From: a virus
Lineage: Duplodnaviria > Caudoviricetes
IMG/VR virus record: IMGVR_UViG_3300034410_000463
Coordinates: 19,334 to 83,333 of that record
Direction: 5' to 3' (one strand)
Length of the DNA: 64,000 nucleotides
Shown: one piece after another, positions 1-9,247 of the stretch
Position numbering within the stretch: the first letter of the stretch is position 1
Layout: each line of letters begins with the position of its first letter
Notes under the pieces: generated by a model
Databases searched by the model: none
What the model was told of the DNA's origin: nothing
The model's input: the letters and a program-made list of their open reading frames with translations, nothing else
Program-made: the position numbers and the translations under genes

Positions 1-40
1 AAATTATTTTTAGATTTTTTAAGTGATAAGGGATAATCGT

Positions 41-1267
41 ATGAAAATGAATTTACAACTTTTAAATGATGTAGTACTAGATTACGATAATCCAGATAAA
101 GTATATGCGTTAGCTCGAGAATACGACAGATTAGAACAAGGATCAGGCGCATTTAGTTTTTACTTACGTGCTGCTGATATGTCACCCGGAAAAACATTCG
201 AAGAAAAATGGCTTCAATATAAATCAATAATCTTTTCTGCATTCATCTATAAAAGAAATAGGAATCGCCAGCTAAGTGTTGAAGGGCTACTTAAAATTGC
301 TATTGAAACATTACCTGAAAGACCAGAAGCTTATTACTTTCTTGCACAAGAAAAAAGAGAAAGAGATGATTGGCGTGAATGCTTAATGTATTCAAAGATT
401 GGTATTACTAATATTGCTGATAAAGCACCCGACAGAGATCTACCGTATCCAGGCGACATGGCATTACGTTTATTATATGCTCGCGCTAAGTGGAAAACCG
501 ATGGTAGAGATGAATCTAAAAACCTTGCATTTGATATTAGATATAAGTCAAGACTCAGAGCTGATGATCTTCTAGAAGCTGATACATTACTAAGAGAGCA
601 CGGCTACCCAAGTACATTACCTTACACACCAGAATTATTAGATCGTTATAAGTTTAAGTTTGATGGTATAGAAAATATTGAAACAAACTATTCTCGCCAT
701 TTTCAAGATATGTTTGTATTGTCTGTATTGGACGGTAAGCGTAATGGTACGTTTGTAGAGATTGGATCAGGTCACCCAACACTATTTAATAATACAAAAT
801 TATTAGAAGAAGAGTTTGATTGGAAAGGTGTATCCGTTGATAATTCAGAAAGATTTGCTCATATATTCTCAAGAGAAAGAAACACTACAATGATTTTTGC
901 TGATGCAGCTACTTCTAATTATGAAGGATTGTTTAAGCAGCATTGCCTTGAAGAACATATTGATTTCTTACGTATTAATGCCGAAGGTGCTTCAATTGCT
1001 GCTCTTAATCAAATACCGTTCGCAAAACACGAGTTTGGTATTATTCAATTCCAACATAACGCGTGTTGGTGGGGTGAAGAGATTAGAGAAGAATCTCGTA
1101 AGAAACTTCAAGAAATTGGATATGTATTATTAGTACATGATGTTGCAGTTGACGGCAGTCAAAATTACGAAGATTGGTGGGTACATCCAATGCACGCTAA
1201 CCGTAAGAAGCACATGCAATCTAATAAAATTAATTTCGCTTGGAATTATATGATGGAGCAACTATAA
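41..1267 (+). CDS. TPR-like N-terminus fused to FkbM-like SAM methyltransferase
   Basis: Helical repeats (PERPEAYYFLAQ), then YSRHFQDMFVL, FVEIGSGHP, WKGVSVD, IDFLRINAEG and EDWWVHP, typical of FkbM-type proteins in marine phages; ATG at 41. Confidence 0.7.
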   Translation: MKMNLQLLNDVVLDYDNPDKVYALAREYDRLEQGSGAFSFYLRAADMSPGKTFEEKWLQYKSIIFSAFIYKRNRNRQLSVEGLLKIAIETLPERPEAYYFLAQEKRERDDWRECLMYSKIGITNIADKAPDRDLPYPGDMALRLLYARAKWKTDGRDESKNLAFDIRYKSRLRADDLLEADTLLREHGYPSTLPYTPELLDRYKFKFDGIENIETNYSRHFQDMFVLSVLDGKRNGTFVEIGSGHPTLFNNTKLLEEEFDWKGVSVDNSERFAHIFSRERNTTMIFADAATSNYEGLFKQHCLEEHIDFLRINAEGASIAALNQIPFAKHEFGIIQFQHNACWWGEEIREESRKKLQEIGYVLLVHDVAVDGSQNYEDWWVHPMHANRKKHMQSNKINFAWNYMMEQL

Positions 1268-2028
1268 TGAAACCAGTATTAATAACGGGAGGATTCGATC
1301 CTATCCATTCAGGACATATCGCATATATGAAAGCGGCCAAAGAACTAGGGTCTATTCTATACGTTGGTGTAAATTCTGATGAATGGTTAACTCGTAAGAA
1401 AGGTCGTCCGTTTATGTCACTCGAAGAAAGAATGGCAATTATTAAAGAGATTGGTTGTGTAGGACACGTATTCTCTTTTAATGATGACGACGATACGGCT
1501 ATTAATGCTATTGAATATGTAAAACATTCCGCTCCTCGTGGTGCTGAAATTATCTTTGCAAACGGCGGAGATCGTACAAAAGGTAATATCCCCGAAATGT
1601 TTAGTGGCGGAGATCAAGTAAAATTTGTGTTTGGTGTTGGTGGAGATGATAAAAAGAATAGCTCATCTTGGATTTTAAAAGAATGGGATAAGCCAACTAC
1701 TCAAAGACTGTGGGGAAAGTACAGAGATTTAGATTCTAATGGTCATTGGAAAGTAAAAGAGTTATCTATTGATGTGGGTAAGTCTTTATCAGACCAGCAA
1801 CACTTTAAAAGATCTGAACATTGGCACATTGTTGATGGTACTTTGGAGATGAATCTTGAATTTGCTGACGGAACCACTACATCTAACATATATAAAACTG
1901 GTAGTAGTATCGATATTCCAATAAATACATGGCATAAAGCAACTAATGTTGGTAGCTGTCCTGTAAAGGTTATCGAAGTTTGGATGGGATACGAACTATC
2001 TGAAGAAGATATAGAAAGAAGATCTTAG
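1267..2028 (+). CDS. Sugar-phosphate nucleotidyltransferase (HldE/TagD-like) fused to cupin (mannose-6-P isomerase type II-like)
   Basis: ITGGFDPIHSGH, GVNSDEWLTRKKG, FANGGDR, KKNSSS; C-terminal SDQQHFKRSEHW and HKATN; TAATG overlap with previous stop. Confidence 0.8.
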   Translation: MKPVLITGGFDPIHSGHIAYMKAAKELGSILYVGVNSDEWLTRKKGRPFMSLEERMAIIKEIGCVGHVFSFNDDDDTAINAIEYVKHSAPRGAEIIFANGGDRTKGNIPEMFSGGDQVKFVFGVGGDDKKNSSSWILKEWDKPTTQRLWGKYRDLDSNGHWKVKELSIDVGKSLSDQQHFKRSEHWHIVDGTLEMNLEFADGTTTSNIYKTGSSIDIPINTWHKATNVGSCPVKVIEVWMGYELSEEDIERRS

Positions 2029-2051
2029 TATTATTTTAAAGGTCATACCTT

Positions 2052-2080
2052 ATTATACCACGGCTATCAAAGGTTGTCAA
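2052..2080 (-). promoter_or_regulatory. sigma70 early promoter (antisense to upstream + strand genes)
   Basis: TTGACA-N17-TATAAT with upstream A-tract on minus strand. Confidence 0.7.
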
Positions 2081-2089
2081 CTGTTTTTT

Positions 2090-2097
2090 TATAAATA
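2090..2097 (+). promoter_or_regulatory. T4-type late promoter
   Basis: TATAAATA before the structural gene block. Confidence 0.75.
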
Positions 2098-2131
2098 CCT
2101 ATAAATTAATCTATTTTAAACAAAGGAGACG

Positions 2132-2542
2132 ATGATGGCTTTTCAGTTATCAGTAGCAGCAAGAAACGCTACCCTAGCCGCGATCGAAACAGAAATTGGT
2201 GTAAACCCTATCTTAACTATTTCAACTGGCTCAAAACCTGCCGATGCTGCAACAGCTAACACAGGTACGGTTCTAGCGACAATGGTTTTACCAAGTGATT
2301 GGTTAGGTGCCGCTACTTCTGGATCTATTGCATTATCAGGTACTTGGCAAGACTTATCAGCTGATGATTCCGGTACTGCTGGTTATTTCAGATTGCACAA
2401 CAACGCTGGCACAGAATGTCATATGCAAGGTTCTATTAGTGCTACGGGTGCTGGTGGAGATATGCAATTAGATAATACTAATATTGCAACAGGTCAGCAA
2501 ATTAATATAACCACATTTACGATCACTGCTGGTGGGGCTTAA
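2132..2542 (+). CDS. Putative virion structural protein
   Basis: AARNATLAAIE...GTAGYFRL...GDMQLDNTNIATGQ family common in tailed phages; AGGAG RBS; late context. Confidence 0.55.
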   Translation: MMAFQLSVAARNATLAAIETEIGVNPILTISTGSKPADAATANTGTVLATMVLPSDWLGAATSGSIALSGTWQDLSADDSGTAGYFRLHNNAGTECHMQGSISATGAGGDMQLDNTNIATGQQINITTFTITAGGA

Positions 2543-2564
2543 CTTTAACATAAGGTAAAGCCAC

Positions 2565-3152
2565 ATGTCTGCAAATGGTGCGGTTACAACAACAGTAGAT
2601 TTTACATATTTTGGCGGTGGTTACGTCCAAGTATCTGGAGAAGTATCGGGTGTAATTGGTACTTCTTTTGTATTTGATGGTGTTGCTCCAATCTATGGCG
2701 AAATTCAACCCGTTACTATTGACTTTGGTTTTAGTGCAGGCGTTGAAACACCTACGATCTATGCTACAGCAGATGTTGGCTTTGATTTTGCCTCATATTC
2801 CTTTATTGAGTTTGGTGTACAGCGATATGCATCTGTCGCAAATAACGTATTATTTGACTACACCGCAAACTCATCTGGTTATGTTACAACACACGTTAAC
2901 TTTAATCCTACATTAGACTTTACGCTCGATACCAACCTATACATATTTTCTTTAGGTGATGGCTCGGGCACGTTTTCATTTGATATCGAAAGTCTAGGTT
3001 ATAATATATCTACCAGAGAATATTCAAAAACTGGTGGAAACTATGTTTCTTTTGATGGAATTGACAAAAATGCAACAAATGTGATCAATCCAACAAACGG
3101 AATTAAATTACTCAACAACGGAATATCGAAAGCTGAGATTCTACAGACATAG
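2565..3152 (+). CDS. Hypothetical beta-rich structural protein
   Basis: ORF with RBS; Phe/Gly/Thr-rich; late cluster. Confidence 0.5.
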   Translation: MSANGAVTTTVDFTYFGGGYVQVSGEVSGVIGTSFVFDGVAPIYGEIQPVTIDFGFSAGVETPTIYATADVGFDFASYSFIEFGVQRYASVANNVLFDYTANSSGYVTTHVNFNPTLDFTLDTNLYIFSLGDGSGTFSFDIESLGYNISTREYSKTGGNYVSFDGIDKNATNVINPTNGIKLLNNGISKAEILQT

Positions 3153-3204
3153 TTTACTTTTAATAAATATCTAATAAATAAAAGTATAACTCGGAGATAA
3201 ACAA

Positions 3205-3537
3205 ATGGCGGCTAGCTTTTACATAAAACAAAACGATACTGCACCGTCTATTGAAGCAGGCCTTACAGATTCTAATGGTAGAACTAAATCTATGGCTAAC
3301 GCTTCTGCAGTCGTGTTTCACATGCAAGACGAGAATGGTAACGTTCTTATCGAAGACGGTGTTGGAACTATTAAAAATCCTGCAAAAGGAATCGTTGCAT
3401 ACGATTGGCAAGCTGGTGATACTTCAAACACTGGCATTCATAGTGCTGAGTTCCAAATAACATATAATAATGGTCAAATCGAAACGTTCCCTAATACTGG
3501 TTACATTAAAGTAATCGTTAAAGACGAATTGGCTTAA
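3205..3537 (+). CDS. BppU-like Ig-fold structural protein
   Basis: FYIKQNDTAPSI...GIVAYDW...EFQITY...ETFP pattern; GGAG RBS; AATAAATA upstream. Confidence 0.55.
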   Translation: MAASFYIKQNDTAPSIEAGLTDSNGRTKSMANASAVVFHMQDENGNVLIEDGVGTIKNPAKGIVAYDWQAGDTSNTGIHSAEFQITYNNGQIETFPNTGYIKVIVKDELA

Positions 3538-3549
3538 AGGAAAAATACA

Positions 3550-4293
3550 ATGGCACAACCACAATCAAGAGAAGAATTTAAAGATTATTGTTTAAGAAAA
3601 ATCGGTGCACCAGTAATCGATATTAATGTTTCTGAAGAACAGGTTGAAGATCGTGTAGATGAAGCTGTATCTTTTTGGAGAGATTATCATTACAACGGCA
3701 GCCAATTAGTATATCTTAAGCACCAATTAACAGCCCAAGACGTAGAAAACGGATATATTAACTTACCACAAAAGCTCCTTGGTATTTCAAGAATATTCCC
3801 ACTCGATACTTCTATTTCAACAGGTAGTGGTATATTCAATGTAAATTATCAATTCGTTTTAAATAACCTGAATGATCTTACAGGATATACAATTCAAAAT
3901 TACTATATGACGATGTCGCATTTAACTTTCTTGCAAGAATGGCTTGTAGGTAAACCGCTTATTCGTTATAACAAACACGTGAATAAACTTTATATCGATG
4001 CTGGTAAAGCATCTTTACGTGAAGGTAAGTATATTATTATTGAAGCATACGACGTCGTTGATGAAGATGCTTATCCTGACGTATTTGGAGATCGTTGGTT
4101 ACAAAACTATGCTACGGTTCTTATCAGAGAACAGTGGGGTTTAAACCTAACTAAATTTACAAACATGCAGTTGGTAGGTGGCGTAAGCTTTAACGGAGAG
4201 CAAATTTTGCAGGAAGCAAGAGCTGAAAGAGAAAAAATGGAAGAAGAAGCAATACGGTCTCTTCAACCTCTCACGTATAATTTCATTGGATAA
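3550..4293 (+). CDS. gp13: Neck protein gp13
   Basis: PQSREEFKDYCLRKIGAPVIDINV, WLQNYAT, GGVSFNG; synteny. Confidence 0.9.
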   Translation: MAQPQSREEFKDYCLRKIGAPVIDINVSEEQVEDRVDEAVSFWRDYHYNGSQLVYLKHQLTAQDVENGYINLPQKLLGISRIFPLDTSISTGSGIFNVNYQFVLNNLNDLTGYTIQNYYMTMSHLTFLQEWLVGKPLIRYNKHVNKLYIDAGKASLREGKYIIIEAYDVVDEDAYPDVFGDRWLQNYATVLIREQWGLNLTKFTNMQLVGGVSFNGEQILQEARAEREKMEEEAIRSLQPLTYNFIG

Positions 4294-4296
4294 AAA

Positions 4297-4977
4297 ATGG
4301 CAACGAATGCATACTTTAGGAATTACGACAATTTCAACGAGCAGAATTTAATTGATGATCTAGTAATAGAATCAATTAAAATGTATGGCGTTGACGTTAA
4401 ATACCTAAGTGGTAAATTTAACAATGTCGATGATGTCTTTAACGAAGACGATACACCTCTATATGATGAGATGTATGGCTTTGAAGTATATGTCAAAAAT
4501 GTTGATGGCTTTGAAGGTGAGGGTGATTTCCTATCTAAGTTTGGTTTACAAATTCGAGATCAGGTTACATTCACAGTTGCTATACGAACGTTTGAAAGAT
4601 ACGTTACCCGTAAGGATACAGAAAAAGTCCGCCCAAGAGAAAACGATATCATTTGGTTGCCACTTAATCAGAAAATGTACAGAATTACTTACGTAGAACA
4701 TGAGGCTGTATTCTATCAATCTGGTAAGTTACAAACTTATGATATTAAATGCGAACTCATGGAGTTCTCAAACGAAAGATTCGACACAGGCCGATACGAA
4801 ATCGATCATTACTTTGATGATATTAAATCTACGACCGACGTTGTACAAACACTTGAAGACGTTGCTAATAACGATCCTATCGCTCAAAACTTTGAGTTTG
4901 AAAAACTTGCAGATGATATATTAGACTTTTCTGAGGTTGATCCATTTAGTGAAAATCTTAGCATAGAGGATTCATAG
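4297..4977 (+). CDS. gp14: Neck/head completion protein gp14
   Basis: EQNLIDDLVIESIKMYG, GFEGEGDFLSKFGL; synteny. Confidence 0.9.
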   Translation: MATNAYFRNYDNFNEQNLIDDLVIESIKMYGVDVKYLSGKFNNVDDVFNEDDTPLYDEMYGFEVYVKNVDGFEGEGDFLSKFGLQIRDQVTFTVAIRTFERYVTRKDTEKVRPRENDIIWLPLNQKMYRITYVEHEAVFYQSGKLQTYDIKCELMEFSNERFDTGRYEIDHYFDDIKSTTDVVQTLEDVANNDPIAQNFEFEKLADDILDFSEVDPFSENLSIEDS

Positions 4978-4978
4978 A

Positions 4979-7066
4979 ATGGCAATTGCAAATTACTTTT
5001 ATAACGAGACTACACGAAGATACGTTGCGCTATTCGGTACTTTATTTAATCAAATAAAAATTGAAAGATCAGATAATGCTGGCAATAACGTGCAATCAAT
5101 GATTGTACCATTGTCTTATGCACCAGCTCAAAAAGTTCTTTCAAGATTGAGAGATGATCCCGATCTATTAAACAGTAGAAAGACTGCAATAACACTTCCA
5201 CGCATGTCTTTTGAAATTACGAGTTTAAACTATGATCCACAAAGAAAGATTGGATCTACTCAAAAGATGGTTAAAACAGCAAAAGCAGAGTCTGATGCAT
5301 CTCGTAACTTTGTACATAGTTCGGTACCATACAACGTAGAATTTTCATTGTACATTATGACTAAGTATAGTGAAGATGCTACAAAGATCTTAGAACAAAT
5401 TATTCCATTCTTTACTCCTGATTGGACTGTTACGGCGAAGATGGTTAACGATTTAGATCCTATCGACATTCCAATTGTATTGAACTCAGTGACTACTGAA
5501 GACCTTTACGAAGGTGATTATGAATCACGACAAACTGTTCTATACACACTAACTTTTACTTTAAAAGGTTGGTACTTTGGACCAGAGAAGAAACAAAAAG
5601 TAATTAAGTTCATTGACATAGATATGATGACCGACTCGGCATCTAACGCACCTCGCCAAGAAGGTGTTACAATTAAGCCAGGACTAGATTCAAACGGTAA
5701 TCCATTAACAGAAGATGGTGTGGGTGCAACCGCAACTGCAGTTCTTGATAATGGATCAGTAGGCGGAGTTATCATTACAAATGATGGTGAAAACTATAAC
5801 GCTAATAACGATATATCAATATCTATTGCAGCTCCGGATGCTTTAGATGCAGATATTTCAGCCGTAATTACTAACACAACCATTGGTTCTATTGCAATAA
5901 ACGAGGCTGGCGGGTTTTATTCTTCACCTCCTAATATCTCTATTACCGCTCCAGACCTACCTGCTACGACTGCTGAGGCCACTCAGGTGCTCACAGATGG
6001 TGTTATAACAGGAATAGATGTATCTAATGGCGGAACATATTATAGTTCTGGCACAATCACAATATCAGAACCACCAGCTCAATCTCCATATGTTAAGTTT
6101 GGAGATGATGCTTTATATCACGACGACCATGCAGACACGACATTCCTACACACGACAGGAATTAATCTTGTTACTGCTGGATCTGGTTTTGAAATAGATT
6201 TCTGGATATATCCAACAGAATTTAATGCCGCGGATTCTCACGTAATACATTTTCCCGGCACTACAATGAGAATAGAATTAGAAGCAGACGGTGAAGCAGT
6301 TTATAGACCTAACTTTAACGCAGCTCCTACAAGATCAAACGAACAATTAAATCTTAACGAATGGAACCATTGCCGAATTGAACACGTTGGTACTGTTACT
6401 AGATGGTGTGTTAACGGAGTAGCAGATACAGGTGGTACTGGTCCTCAAGGATTTATTCTTGGGGGTGGTGCAACTATTAACGCCGGTTCAAGATCAGCAG
6501 GCGAAAAGAGTTTCCTCGGCGCTTTAGATAATATAACATTAAGCGTACGTTCAGCGTTAACACCAGCAGGTTCATACACAGTACCAACGTCACCAACATC
6601 TGGCGATGATTATACTGGCAACTTCGATAAAGATATTGCTACAGCCGATCTCGTAATTACTGACGGTGAAGTTACTGCAGTTACAATGAGTAATGGCGGT
6701 GCTAGGTATGACGCTAATACAGTTATTACAATATCAGCTCCGGATGGAACTCCATCTACATTCCAAGCATCAGCTACTGCTGTTCTTGTTAACGGGGGAG
6801 TAGATTCAGTAGTGATAAATAATAATGGGAAGTTCTATTCCACGGCAAACGTTACTATCGATTCAGTTGTTGCTAACACGGCTACTGCTGAAGTTGTAAT
6901 TGACGGAACAGATCAAGTCGGTTCGATAAATATAACGAATGCTGGCTCTGGATATAGAACAACTCCTGCAGTTACAATTGGTGGACCAGCAGCAACATCA
7001 GTTCCATATACACAAATTGAATTTGATGATGACTGGGGTATTATTACAATATTTGAGGATGAATAA
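4979..7066 (+). CDS. gp15: Tail terminator gp15 with large insertion (six beta-repeats and a LamG-like domain)
   Basis: N-terminal ~240 aa match gp15 (VPLSYAP, LPRMSFE, PYNVEFSL, ILEQIIPFFTP, FTLKGWYFGP); insertion at about 5720-6990. Confidence 0.88.
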   Translation: MAIANYFYNETTRRYVALFGTLFNQIKIERSDNAGNNVQSMIVPLSYAPAQKVLSRLRDDPDLLNSRKTAITLPRMSFEITSLNYDPQRKIGSTQKMVKTAKAESDASRNFVHSSVPYNVEFSLYIMTKYSEDATKILEQIIPFFTPDWTVTAKMVNDLDPIDIPIVLNSVTTEDLYEGDYESRQTVLYTLTFTLKGWYFGPEKKQKVIKFIDIDMMTDSASNAPRQEGVTIKPGLDSNGNPLTEDGVGATATAVLDNGSVGGVIITNDGENYNANNDISISIAAPDALDADISAVITNTTIGSIAINEAGGFYSSPPNISITAPDLPATTAEATQVLTDGVITGIDVSNGGTYYSSGTITISEPPAQSPYVKFGDDALYHDDHADTTFLHTTGINLVTAGSGFEIDFWIYPTEFNAADSHVIHFPGTTMRIELEADGEAVYRPNFNAAPTRSNEQLNLNEWNHCRIEHVGTVTRWCVNGVADTGGTGPQGFILGGGATINAGSRSAGEKSFLGALDNITLSVRSALTPAGSYTVPTSPTSGDDYTGNFDKDIATADLVITDGEVTAVTMSNGGARYDANTVITISAPDGTPSTFQASATAVLVNGGVDSVVINNNGKFYSTANVTIDSVVANTATAEVVIDGTDQVGSINITNAGSGYRTTPAVTIGGPAATSVPYTQIEFDDDWGIITIFEDE

Positions 7067-7563
7067 TGAGCGACGAAAAGATTTCTTCTGCACTTGGCAT
7101 CAGGCCAATGTCAGAAATTGATGAAGATGAAAAGCAAGAGCAAGTACCTACAGTAATACCTGCTGTTAAAAACGAGGTTGCTGAAGCATCACCTCAATTG
7201 CCTGCTGTTTTATCTGACGTTGAAAAAGAGAATTTAGAAGACATTGAACATGTCCGTCAAAACGTCGCTGAAGTTATAGAAACTGGTAAAAGTGCTATGG
7301 AAGAAATGTTAGAAATAGCCAAGCAATCAGAACAGCCTCGAGCATTTGAAGTAGTTTCTACTTTAATGAAAACATTATTAGATGCTAACAAAGATTACGC
7401 TGATATATCTACTAAAAAGAAATTTGCTAAAGAAGAAATAAACGAGCCTAAAGAAGCAGCGGGCGGTAACACAGTTACTAATAATAATCTCATTGTATCG
7501 ACATCAGATCTTCTCAGAATGTTAAAAGATCAGGAAGATGATAAAGGTGTAATTGATGGGTGA
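7066..7563 (+). CDS. gp16: Terminase small subunit gp16
   Basis: AKQSEQPRAFEVVSTL, VTNNNLIVSTSDLL; directly upstream of gp17. Confidence 0.88.
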   Translation: MSDEKISSALGIRPMSEIDEDEKQEQVPTVIPAVKNEVAEASPQLPAVLSDVEKENLEDIEHVRQNVAEVIETGKSAMEEMLEIAKQSEQPRAFEVVSTLMKTLLDANKDYADISTKKKFAKEEINEPKEAAGGNTVTNNNLIVSTSDLLRMLKDQEDDKGVIDG

Positions 7564-9151
7564 TGGATATCTAGGCAATTCACACCTTAAAAAGGTTCAG
7601 GAACAGATTGAATGGACTCCTGAGCTTCTTAAGGAATATATGAAGTGCGCTGATGATCCTGTTTATTTTGCAAAAGAATATATTAAAATTGTACATGTGG
7701 ATCGAGGATTAGTTCCCTTTGATATGTACGATTATCAAAAAGAGATTTGTGATAAGATTTTTAAAGAAAGAAGAGTTGCAGTTTTAACAGCTCGTCAGTC
7801 AGGTAAGACCACAACAGCAGTGGCAGTTATTCTACATTATATCTTATTCAATGAATTTAAAACTGTAGCTATCCTTGCGAATAAAGGAGATGCCTCTAGA
7901 GAGGTTATGGCTAGAGTTAAGTTAGCATATGAAGCATTGCCAAAATGGTTACAGCAGGGCATCGAGGAGTGGAATAAAGGTAACATAGCACTCGAGAATG
8001 GATGCCAAGTACTAGCAGGAACAACATCTTCCAGCGCTATTCGTGGTAAATCAGTTAACTTTCTATACCTAGATGAGGTTGCCTTTATTGAAGGATACGA
8101 TGAGTTTTTCGCATCAGTATATCCAACTATTTCATCTGGTGAGAGCACTAAGCTATTAATGACTTCTACACCTAATGGATTAAATCATTTTTGGAAAACC
8201 TGTAAAGGAGCCAAAGAAGGTACAAACGGTTATGAATATCAAGAAGTAATGTGGTATGATGTTCCTGGTCGAGATGATAAATGGAAACGAGAAACACTTG
8301 AAGCTTTAGATCACGATGAACAAAAGTTTAACCAAGAATATTGTTGTGAGTTTCTTGGTTCTTCGGGTACACTTGTTTCAGGAGCTAAGCTCAAAGAACT
8401 TTATGCTGAAAAACCTATTGCTCAAAGCGAAGGGTTTATTCAATATGAAAAACCTGAAAAAGATAAAAATTATGTAATAACTGCAGACGTTGCAAGAGGT
8501 AAAGGTTTAGATTATTCAACTTTTACTGTTTTTGATATTACTGATATGCCATATAGACAGGTCGCTGTTTATAGAGATAATTATATCGGTCCAATAGATT
8601 TTGCATCTGTATTGAATAGATGTGGTAAACTATATAATGAAGCAGGTGTATTAGTAGAAATTAACGATATCGGCGGGCAAGTTGTCGATGTTTTACACAT
8701 AGACTATGGTTATGAGAATTTACTTTATACGCAAAACTCTGGGCGGAGTGGTAAAGTACTTAGTGGCGGATTCGGAAAAAACGTAGAAAATGGTATAAGA
8801 ACAACAAAACTTGTAAAGGGAACTGGTTGTTCTATGTTAAAAATGCTCGTTGAACAAAACCAATTGTTTATACGAGACCATGAAACAATACAAGAATTGA
8901 GCAGGTTTTCTAGAAAAGCTAACTCATTCGAAGCAGAATCCGGTTTTCATGATGATTTAGTAATGAATTTAGTATTGTTTGCTTGGATGACCGAGCAGGC
9001 CTACTTTAAAGATATGACTGACATAAATACATTAAAGAAGCTCAGAGAAAAAACAGAAGAGCAAATTGAAGAAGAAATGCTACCGTTTGGTTTTATCGAT
9101 GATGGAGACAATGATGATGGATTCTATCACGATGATGGCCTTCGACTATGA
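7556..9151 (+). CDS. gp17: Terminase large subunit gp17
   Basis: YLGNSHLK, ARQSGKTTT Walker A, LYLDEVAF Walker B, STPNGLNHF, ADVARGKGLDYS, HDDLVM. Confidence 0.97.
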   Translation: MGDGYLGNSHLKKVQEQIEWTPELLKEYMKCADDPVYFAKEYIKIVHVDRGLVPFDMYDYQKEICDKIFKERRVAVLTARQSGKTTTAVAVILHYILFNEFKTVAILANKGDASREVMARVKLAYEALPKWLQQGIEEWNKGNIALENGCQVLAGTTSSSAIRGKSVNFLYLDEVAFIEGYDEFFASVYPTISSGESTKLLMTSTPNGLNHFWKTCKGAKEGTNGYEYQEVMWYDVPGRDDKWKRETLEALDHDEQKFNQEYCCEFLGSSGTLVSGAKLKELYAEKPIAQSEGFIQYEKPEKDKNYVITADVARGKGLDYSTFTVFDITDMPYRQVAVYRDNYIGPIDFASVLNRCGKLYNEAGVLVEINDIGGQVVDVLHIDYGYENLLYTQNSGRSGKVLSGGFGKNVENGIRTTKLVKGTGCSMLKMLVEQNQLFIRDHETIQELSRFSRKANSFEAESGFHDDLVMNLVLFAWMTEQAYFKDMTDINTLKKLREKTEEQIEEEMLPFGFIDDGDNDDGFYHDDGLRL

Positions 9152-9159
9152 AAAGCTCA

Positions 9160-9190
9160 TATAAATAGCAAATCGAGTAATTTATAAATA
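9160..9190 (+). promoter_or_regulatory. Two T4-type late promoters
   Basis: TATAAATA at 9160-9167 and 9183-9190, upstream of gp18. Confidence 0.75.
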
Positions 9191-9247
9191 GAAACAGTTA
9201 TAACAATTAAATTAAAACGCGTTTCTAATTAAATAAAGGAGAAAAAC

